Assembly (NCBI GenBank): GCA_946529215.1
Contig: CAMMZC010000004.1
Location: 1,618-65,617, forward strand
Direction of reading: 5' to 3'
DNA from: an uncultured Clostridia bacterium
Lineage (GTDB): Bacteria > Bacillota > Clostridia > TANB77 > CAG-508
DNA length: 64,000 bases
The translations under genes were made by a program, and so were the position numbers. The notes under the pieces are model-generated. The model did not search any database. It was not told the origin of the DNA and saw nothing but the letters and a program-made list of their open reading frames with translations. Each line of letters opens with the position of its first letter. The stretch's first letter is position 1. Below are positions 56,864-64,000 of the stretch, one piece after another.

Positions 56864-58810
56864 ATGGATGATTTATTAGAAAGTGTATTAGATTATGTTA
56901 GATCAGATTACACAGATTATGCAATAATGATAAATGGAGAATGGGGTTCAGGAAAGACATATTTTTGGAATAATCAAATAAAAAGAAAAATAGAGTCATT
57001 AAGTTTAAATGGAAAGAGATATAAAACCATATATATGTCTTTGTATGGAATTTCTAACTTAGAAGAAATAAGCAAAAAAATTTTTATAGAAACAACTCAA
57101 CTTATGGACAAAGATTTAAGAAGATATATGCAAACACATGAGCATGACGGAATACCAGAATATGCAAAAACAAGCATAGATATGGCAAATCTTTTCGGAG
57201 TTTCAAAAAGTGGAGAGAAAATAGATTATGATGAATTTTTTGCTGTTACAGATAAAGTTTTATGTTTTGATGACCTAGAAAGAGCAAATGTTGATGTTAT
57301 AGACATTTTGGGTTATATTAATAACTTCGTTGAACATGATCATATGAAAACAATAATTATTTGTAATGAAAAAGAATTGGCAACAAAGATGAAAAGTGAA
57401 AATTTAGAAATGAAGACTTTTATTGCAACATATCTTTTAGATAAACAAGGTGAATTAAATAACAATGATTTACCTATGGTTGAGAAAATAAAAGATAGAA
57501 TAGAAAAAGTCTTTGAAAGAACAAATGATTATGAAAGAATTAAAGAAAAGCTTATAGGAGAAACTTTTGAATATGCACCCAAATTTGATTATATAATTAA
57601 TGGAATTCTTATGAGGTATGAATCTAATCCATCACTTTTAAAGTTTTTAAGAGAAAATTCAAGTTATATAATGGCAACATTTAAAAGAAGTGGTACGAGA
57701 AATCTACGTATTTTAAAACAAGCTTTAAATGATTTTAAAAAAATTTATGAGATGACGGAAAAGCTTTATCCAAATACTAATAGACGTGTAATGCAAACAA
57801 TGCTTATATTTACTATTGCGGCATCTTTTGAAATTAAAGCAGGAAAAATAACAAAAGAGAAATTTAAATATATAGAGGATAATGAAGAATATAAATCAAT
57901 TTTAGTTTCTTCAAGAGTTTTGATGGATAACAAACAATTTTATATAAAAGAATTTGATAGTAATTATTACTACAATTTTAAAGCAGAATATAGATTTTTT
58001 AAATTTATAGAGTACTATATTAGAACAAGAATTTTTGATATGAAACTATTTAAAAAAGATATGGAAGAAGCTGAACTTGCTTCAGGTGGTGAAAAAGATA
58101 TGCCTGCATACAAGAAAATTTTGGTGGAGGAATATTGGAAAATTCCTGATGACAAATTTTTTGATGTAGTGTATGAAGCTCTAGAAGACGTAAAAAAAGG
58201 AAAACTTCAGTTAATTGAAATTGCAAAATTATTTGTTTATTATATTTATTTTTACAATAATAATTTAATAAGCTATGATTTAAAAACATTAAAAGAAGAC
58301 TTTATAACAGGAATGAATATAGCAGTTGCACATTCAAGATATTTTCCAAATGTACGTGAAGAACTTGAAAAAATATCTATTTACAACAATTCTTCTGATG
58401 ATATAAATGATGTGGTAAGTAGTTTTAATCAACTTAATGATGAATTGCTTGAAAAAGAATATGAAATAAAAGCAGAAGAAATATTCAAAAACATTCCTAT
58501 GAAAATGGAACAATTTTATGAAAGATTTGATGCTGAATGTATGGATATACCAATCTTTAAATATTATGATCCATATCAAATTTTACAAAGAATTTCTTGT
58601 GCACCAAATGAAGATATAGTTATTATAAAAGAAAGAATGATAAAAAGAGCTAATCAACATCCAGAAGTATTAAAAGAAGAAATGAAAAATATGAATTCTT
58701 TAAAACGTATGATTACAGACTACTTAAAAGGCAAAGATACCACAATTAAAACTGTAATTATGAAAGGATTTGCAAAAGATTTAGAACAAATTATTGCTGA
58801 GGAAGACTAA
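56864..58810 (+). CDS. KAP-family P-loop NTPase
   Basis: N-terminal YAIMINGEWGSGKTYFWNNQI is the KAP Walker A (G.WGsGKS/T). A Walker B-like CFDDLER is also present. Length 648 aa. The RBS aaaggagag precedes the ATG. Confidence 0.7.
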   Translation: MDDLLESVLDYVRSDYTDYAIMINGEWGSGKTYFWNNQIKRKIESLSLNGKRYKTIYMSLYGISNLEEISKKIFIETTQLMDKDLRRYMQTHEHDGIPEYAKTSIDMANLFGVSKSGEKIDYDEFFAVTDKVLCFDDLERANVDVIDILGYINNFVEHDHMKTIIICNEKELATKMKSENLEMKTFIATYLLDKQGELNNNDLPMVEKIKDRIEKVFERTNDYERIKEKLIGETFEYAPKFDYIINGILMRYESNPSLLKFLRENSSYIMATFKRSGTRNLRILKQALNDFKKIYEMTEKLYPNTNRRVMQTMLIFTIAASFEIKAGKITKEKFKYIEDNEEYKSILVSSRVLMDNKQFYIKEFDSNYYYNFKAEYRFFKFIEYYIRTRIFDMKLFKKDMEEAELASGGEKDMPAYKKILVEEYWKIPDDKFFDVVYEALEDVKKGKLQLIEIAKLFVYYIYFYNNNLISYDLKTLKEDFITGMNIAVAHSRYFPNVREELEKISIYNNSSDDINDVVSSFNQLNDELLEKEYEIKAEEIFKNIPMKMEQFYERFDAECMDIPIFKYYDPYQILQRISCAPNEDIVIIKERMIKRANQHPEVLKEEMKNMNSLKRMITDYLKGKDTTIKTVIMKGFAKDLEQIIAEED

Positions 58811-58843
58811 GGTTCCTTTTGGGGAGTGAGGAAAAAAGGAACC
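58811..58843 (+). terminator. Hairpin terminator after the KAP NTPase gene
   Basis: ggttcctttt-N13-aaaaggaacc, immediately after the stop. Confidence 0.5.
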
Positions 58844-58981
58844 TCAGAGTTACTTTTGGAATGAAAATAAAATTCAATTTCGAAATGTTATATTTTAGGA
58901 TGAAAGTAAAAGTATAATTAAAATAATAAAGAAAAGGTTTATGAAGGCAAAAATACCTGCCAACATAGACCTTATTTTGAA

Positions 58982-59200
58982 CTATGTTTCATTATCTTTA
59001 TCTTCAACAATACATAGCAATTCATCAAAAGTACAGTTTAAATTTTTACAAAATCCTTCAAGATATTTATACGAAATGGACTTTTTACCACATTTTAAAG
59101 CTTTATTTAAATTATAAAAAGTAATATCCATCTCATTACATAACCAAGATTTTGTTTTTCCTTGCTTTTTTAAAAGTTTTTCTACATTTAAAATTATCAT
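58982..59200 (-). CDS. Small XRE/Cro-type HTH regulator (72 aa)
   Basis: ...KKQGKTKSWLCNEMDITFYNLNKALKCGKKSISYKYLEGFCKNLNCTFDELL is HTH_XRE-like. It is convergent with the KAP gene. Confidence 0.55.
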   Translation of the reverse strand: MIILNVEKLLKKQGKTKSWLCNEMDITFYNLNKALKCGKKSISYKYLEGFCKNLNCTFDELLCIVEDKDNET

Positions 59201-59324
59201 TATAAAGAACCTCTTTTCAATATTACAATTATACTCGGAAACTCCGTAATAGTAGTTGGTTTCAGCAAATATATTTTATAATATTGTATTTACAAGTACT
59301 AGCACTTGTAAGTGAGGCTTACTT

Positions 59325-59918
59325 CTATTCATGCATTAATTTTCTTATTGCGTCATACAAAAATGGCTTATATTCTTCAATTGGAAGAGGCTCATTATAT
59401 AAAATAGAATTAAAGCATGTTGAGCTGACTAATTCTATAATCATATATAAAGTAACATCTGGATTTTTTAGCTTAATATTTTGTTCTTTTATACCTTTTA
59501 AAAATAGTGTATGTATGCCATCTTCTTCAGATTCTGATTTTTGATAAAGCTTGTTTACAGTTTTGCTATAAACTCCCCATGACAAGTTTTTTGAGATGAA
59601 TTTTAGCAATATTGTATTTTTAGAAAGCTCATTTATTATATGATTTACAATAAAAATTATTTGGTCATCTAAAGATTTAATGTAGTTTTTTCTTAACTCA
59701 CTTACCGCATCTGAAAAAAGCTTTTTTGACTTTTTTTCTATTAAAATATCTCTTAATTCATATTTGTCTTTAAAATATAAATAAAAAGTACCTTTGGCTA
59801 CATTTGATTCATCTACAATTCCTTGAATAGAAGTATCTTTTAACCCTTTTTCTGTAAAAAGTTTAAAAGCACTTTCTAATAGTCTGTTTTCTTTTTCTGG
59901 ATCTTTCTCTCTTTTCAT
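59325..59918 (-). CDS. TetR/AcrR family transcriptional regulator
   Basis: N-terminal HTH LLESAFKLFTEKGLKDTSIQGIVDESNVAKGTFYLYFKDKYEL. It is divergent from the MMPL transporter gene. Confidence 0.8.
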   Translation of the reverse strand: MKREKDPEKENRLLESAFKLFTEKGLKDTSIQGIVDESNVAKGTFYLYFKDKYELRDILIEKKSKKLFSDAVSELRKNYIKSLDDQIIFIVNHIINELSKNTILLKFISKNLSWGVYSKTVNKLYQKSESEEDGIHTLFLKGIKEQNIKLKNPDVTLYMIIELVSSTCFNSILYNEPLPIEEYKPFLYDAIRKLMHE

Positions 59919-60561
59919 ATTTATTGTCAGTCCTTTCCTTCAAAATACAAGATTTAATAAAAAGAATCTATAGCAAATTTTTACTAAACTATTTATATTA
60001 TTGCACAAAAAGGGCGAGTAGTCAACTTGAAAAAGTTACAATTCACAGCTAGATAAAAAATATTAATAAGACAATTCATATTATTTTATTATAAATTTGA
60101 TGAGTAATAATATATTTTTATAAAAATTTGTAAAGCATTTTTCGAACCAAACAAAGTTTATGAAACATACTGAAATGTTTAGCCTATTACTTTCGAAAAT
60201 CAAAAATAAGCATTTTTTATAAAGTGGTCTAATTCTTTTGACTAAAATAGTCGTTAAAATTTATTGTGAGTAATTCTCAGCTTGCTATCAAAAAAAGGGG
60301 TGCGTAGAAATATATTGTAAAAATAAATATATAATGCTTCTTTTCAAATTATAATCAACAGTGAAGCGTAAATTAAAAATGACTTTTGGTCAAATTTTTT
60401 GAAAAAACATATTGACTAATGGTCATTTTTGTAATATAATCTTAATATAATAATAAGTAATAGATAGACTTAGTTGTTTATATAAAAAAAAGAGAAAAGT
60501 CCCAAAATCAGAAAAAATTAACACAATTTGACTTAAACCAACACAGAAAGGAAGGTAAAAA

Positions 60562-62619
60562 ATGAGTAAATTTATAGTAAAGCACAGTAAATTAATTCTT
60601 GTAATCGCAATTATTTTGCTTATTCCAGCACTAATTGGATATAAGGCAACAAGAATTAATTATGATATTTTGACATATTTGCCAGATACAATAAAAACAG
60701 TACAAGGAGAAGATATACTTTCAGAAGATTTTAAAACAGGAGCATATTCGATAGTTGTATTAGACAATATGCCTACAAAAGAAATTTTAAAACTAGAGGA
60801 TAAAATAAAACGAGAAATAGATAATGTTGAGATTTGCGCAAGCATTGCAGATGTTGTAGGGGAGGAAATTCCTATCGAAATGTTACCAGATGAAATAAAA
60901 GACAAAGTGTATAAAGATGGTTCAACACTTATGATGGTTACATTTAAAGATGCAATTTCATCTGATGAAACAATGCAATCTATTGAAAAATTAAGAGAGA
61001 TAACTGATGAAAGATGCAAAATAAGTGGAATGTCTGCCACTCTTTTAGATACAAGAAGTTTATCAGAATCAGAAATCCTAATTTACGTAATAATTGCAGT
61101 TGCACTTTGTTTAATTATTTTACAACTAGCTTTAGATTCTTATGTTGCACCAGTGTTACTTCTTTTAAATATTGGTTTTGCAATACTTTACAATATGGGA
61201 ACAAATATATTTTTAGGACAGATTTCATATATTACAAAAGCAATAAGTGCGGTTTTACAATTAGGTGTTACAATGGATTTTGCAATATTTTTGTATCATA
61301 GTTTTGTTGCAGAAAAAGAACACACAAAAAATATTAATGAAGCAATGAGTATTGCAATTTCGAAAACAATGACATCTGTTATAGGAAGTTCTTTAACTAC
61401 TATTGCAGGCTTTTTAGCATTATGTAGTATGGATTTAGGACTTGGAAAAGATATAGGAATTGTAATGGCAAAAGGTGTATTATTTGGACTTGTATGTGTT
61501 ATTACAGTTTTACCAGCATTAATACTTACATTTAATAAAGCTATTGAAAAAACAAAACATAAAGAAGTTTTACCTAAATTTAAAACAATTACAAAATTTG
61601 TTACAAAACACTATATAGTTCTTGCAATTGCATTTGTTGTAATTCTTCCAATTGCATATTATGGTTATAAAAACACAAAAGTATATTACAAATTAGATAG
61701 CTCTTTACCAGATACTTTGGCGAGTGTTTCTGCAAATAATGAAGTAAAAGAAAAATTTAAAATTGTATCTCCAGAAATACTTTTAATAGATAGTAATTTA
61801 AGTGATGAAAAAGTAAATAAAATGCTTGATGAAATAGATAATTTGGAAGGTATAGATTGGTCTTTAAGTTTATCTAAAATTTCAAAAGCAGGTATTCCTA
61901 CAGAGATGTTACCTGAGGATTTAACTAAAAAAATAAAAAATGACAAATATCAGTTAGTAGTTATAAATTCTAAATACGAGATGGCTACAAATGAGCTAAA
62001 TAAGCAAATAGAAGAAGTAAATAAAATACTTGAAAAATATGATAAAAACGCAATTCTTGCAGGAGAAGGACCTTTAATGAATGACTTAGTAGAGGTATCT
62101 GACCATGACTTTAATAGTGTAAATACAGTATCAATTGGTATTATATTTTTAATAATGATGTTTGTACTTAAATCTATTTCATTGCCAGTAATTTTAATAT
62201 GCATAATTGAATTTGCAATATTTATAAATATGGGAATACCATTTTTTACAAATACTACATTGCCATTTGTTGCCTCTATTGTAATTGGAACAATTCAGTT
62301 AGGAGCTACAATAGATTACGCAATTTTAATTACAACAAAATATATTGAGATGAGAAAACAAGGAAAAAATAAACATGAAGCAGTTGAATTCGCAGTAGGA
62401 ACTTCTGTAAACTCTATATTTGTAAGTGGTTTGTGTTTCTTTGGAGCAACATTTGGAGTTGGAGTTTATTCGAATATAGAAATGATAGGATCACTTTGTA
62501 CTTTAATGGCAAGAGGTGCGATTGTAAGTACAATTACAGTTGTTTTAATGCTTGCAGCATTTTTGATGATTTTTGATAAGGTGATTTGTAAAAGTACAAT
62601 TGGCATGAAAAATATATAG
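60562..62619 (+). CDS. MMPL-family (RND-superfamily) membrane transporter
   Basis: 685 aa with 12 TM helices in two 6-TM bundles, each followed by a large extracytoplasmic loop (MMPL architecture). The RBS aaaggaagg precedes the ATG. Confidence 0.8.
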   Translation: MSKFIVKHSKLILVIAIILLIPALIGYKATRINYDILTYLPDTIKTVQGEDILSEDFKTGAYSIVVLDNMPTKEILKLEDKIKREIDNVEICASIADVVGEEIPIEMLPDEIKDKVYKDGSTLMMVTFKDAISSDETMQSIEKLREITDERCKISGMSATLLDTRSLSESEILIYVIIAVALCLIILQLALDSYVAPVLLLLNIGFAILYNMGTNIFLGQISYITKAISAVLQLGVTMDFAIFLYHSFVAEKEHTKNINEAMSIAISKTMTSVIGSSLTTIAGFLALCSMDLGLGKDIGIVMAKGVLFGLVCVITVLPALILTFNKAIEKTKHKEVLPKFKTITKFVTKHYIVLAIAFVVILPIAYYGYKNTKVYYKLDSSLPDTLASVSANNEVKEKFKIVSPEILLIDSNLSDEKVNKMLDEIDNLEGIDWSLSLSKISKAGIPTEMLPEDLTKKIKNDKYQLVVINSKYEMATNELNKQIEEVNKILEKYDKNAILAGEGPLMNDLVEVSDHDFNSVNTVSIGIIFLIMMFVLKSISLPVILICIIEFAIFINMGIPFFTNTTLPFVASIVIGTIQLGATIDYAILITTKYIEMRKQGKNKHEAVEFAVGTSVNSIFVSGLCFFGATFGVGVYSNIEMIGSLCTLMARGAIVSTITVVLMLAAFLMIFDKVICKSTIGMKNI

Positions 62620-62836
62620 TTTTCAAATTATTAATTGAATATATAAGATATTTTTCAAATAATCTTAGCTAACTTGCGTTTAACGCTAAAAAATTCTAAT
62701 TAATTTTGCAAGCACCCTCAAAAAATTTTGTTTTGAGATTCCCTTGCAAAATTACTAAGAATTTTTAAGCTACTTAGTTAAATAAGATTGTTTTAAAAAT
62801 ATTTATATATTCAAAAAAAGAAAGGATGATAATTTT

Positions 62837-64000
62837 ATGAAAAGTTTTTTTAAAAGTGCAATTTCGCTAATTGCAATAATTACAACAATTGCTTATGTTT
62901 CACCAGTATATGCAATTTCAAATAAAGAGACAATTTATAGCAAAATGGATTCAAATGGTGAAGTCTATAAAACTATAATTACAACAAAAGATGGGGAAGA
63001 TGTAAAACAAGAAGAAACAGAAAAAGATTTGCCTATAGAGACAAAAATTTCTTATGAATTAGATGGAAAAGATATTAAACCAGAAGATTTGACAGGAAAA
63101 AGCGGAAAAGTAAAAATTAAAATTGAATATAAAAATAAATCTTCTAAAAATGTGATTATAAATGGCATAAGTCAAACAATGTACACACCTTTTATGGTTA
63201 CATTAGGCACAGTTATAAATAACAAAAATAATAAAAATATAAAAGTTTCAAAAGCGGGAAGAATTGTTGAAAATGGCGAAAAGACAATAGTTGTAGGAGT
63301 AGTATTTCCAGGACTTGAAGAAAGTTTAAATTTAGGAGGAAGACTTGCGAAAGTTGATGTGCCAGACTCAATAGAAATTACAATGGACTCAAAAGATTTT
63401 GAAATGTCAAATATAATTACATATGCAACTCCAAAAGTTTTAACAGAGGACATTGATTGGAGCGAATTAGATGAGTTATTTGATAAAGTAAATGAACTTC
63501 AAAATGGGATAAATAAAATCGAAGATGGGGCAAAAGAGTTAAATAAAGGAACAAGCAAGTTAGATAATGGAGCAAAAGACCTAAAAAAAGGAACTTCTAA
63601 AATTTATGAAGGAAGCAAGGAAATCAAAAATCAAGTTTTAAATTCAGTAAAAGCTATGGAAAATAACAAAGAAAAAGTACTTGATGAAAAAACTTTAAGT
63701 TCAATTGGAAAAAAAGCAATTAAACAAGCTTCTACAAGCATAGAAAAAAAAGTAGATGGAATAAAAGATTTGGCAGAAAAAGGAGCTATAAAAGAAGTAA
63801 AAAAACAAGAAGATATGATTTTAAATGGAGTAATGAGTTTAATAAAAAATAAGATTGAAACTAAAATGCCAGAACTAGTTGCAGGAATAAGTAAAGGCGT
63901 TACAAAAGCTATGGAAACACAACTTGAAACATTAGAAAAACAAGCAGTACAAGTAGGTACAAGCTCAATAGATTTAAGTGGATTATCTAAAAATGCAAAA
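62837..64000 (+). CDS. YhgE/Pip-like secreted or membrane protein, 3'-partial (runs off the window end)
   Basis: Signal peptide or N-terminal TM (SAISLIAIITTIAYVSPVYA). It then has repeated ...G.KEL.KGTSKL..G.K.L.KGTSK... heptads typical of the YhgE/Pip N-terminal domain. The frame has no stop before nt 64000, so it is absent from the supplied ORF list. Confidence 0.5.
   Translation, partial: MKSFFKSAISLIAIITTIAYVSPVYAISNKETIYSKMDSNGEVYKTIITTKDGEDVKQEETEKDLPIETKISYELDGKDIKPEDLTGKSGKVKIKIEYKNKSSKNVIINGISQTMYTPFMVTLGTVINNKNNKNIKVSKAGRIVENGEKTIVVGVVFPGLEESLNLGGRLAKVDVPDSIEITMDSKDFEMSNIITYATPKVLTEDIDWSELDELFDKVNELQNGINKIEDGAKELNKGTSKLDNGAKDLKKGTSKIYEGSKEIKNQVLNSVKAMENNKEKVLDEKTLSSIGKKAIKQASTSIEKKVDGIKDLAEKGAIKEVKKQEDMILNGVMSLIKNKIETKMPELVAGISKGVTKAMETQLETLEKQAVQVGTSSIDLSGLSKNAK

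Noticed and set aside
59284-59544. + strand 86-aa ORF overlapping the TetR gene (59325-59918, minus strand).
   Set aside because: It overlaps a convincing TetR-family gene on the opposite strand and has no RBS or recognisable fold.
1-64000. Scan for tRNA, rRNA, integrase, transposase and CRISPR-cas signatures.
   Set aside because: I saw no cloverleaf-compatible GTTCGAATC-type T-arm sequences, no rRNA-like GC-rich blocks, and no ORF with recombinase (R..H..R..Y) or DDE transposase features. Mobility of the accessory regions therefore cannot be shown from this window.

Overview
This 64 kb window comes from a very AT-rich (roughly 27-29% GC) low-GC Firmicute chromosome with Clostridium-like codon usage and Shine-Dalgarno sites. 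Nearly all genes are on the + strand. I found no rRNA, tRNA, CRISPR array, transposase or integrase. Layout: (i) 1-4.9 kb holds the 3' end of an FtsX/MacB-type ABC permease and a large secreted surface protein. (ii) 5-15.1 kb is a tightly packed seven-gene operon: a BtaA-like DUF3419 protein, a CdsA-like membrane protein, a GNAT-like acyltransferase, an acyl-AMP ligase, a UbiA-like prenyltransferase, and a 1421-aa fusion of a PEP-utilizing/rifampin-phosphotransferase-like module, an adenylation domain and an ACP. It looks like an undescribed lipid or acylated-metabolite pathway. (iii) 15-34.6 kb is an accessory, defense-like island: a DUF2975+XRE pair, unknown proteins, AbiEi/AbiEii, an orphan ABC exporter, a tandem-Nudix protein, five GNAT genes around an ABC-2 exporter, an AbiLi/AbiLii-like ATPase+RloB pair, and a multiply frameshifted M14 peptidase pseudogene. 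(iv) 35-45 kb is core: asnB (minus strand), TetR, a low-complexity protein, cmk, plsC and uvrA. (v) 45.4-51.6 kb carries a 1643-aa internally repetitive protein translationally coupled to a degenerate ProA-like (gamma-glutamyl-phosphate reductase fold) protein with a coiled-coil tail. This pair is the strongest candidate for a novel system. (vi) 52-59 kb holds a yhcG/DUF1016 remnant, a DinD/Bro-N-like gene, recD2, comFC and a solitary KAP-family P-loop NTPase. (vii) 59-64 kb holds an HTH regulator, TetR, an MMPL transporter and a 3'-partial YhgE/Pip-like protein. Several near-consensus sigma-A promoters (TTGACA-N17-TATAAT) and repeated hairpin motifs lie at module boundaries.
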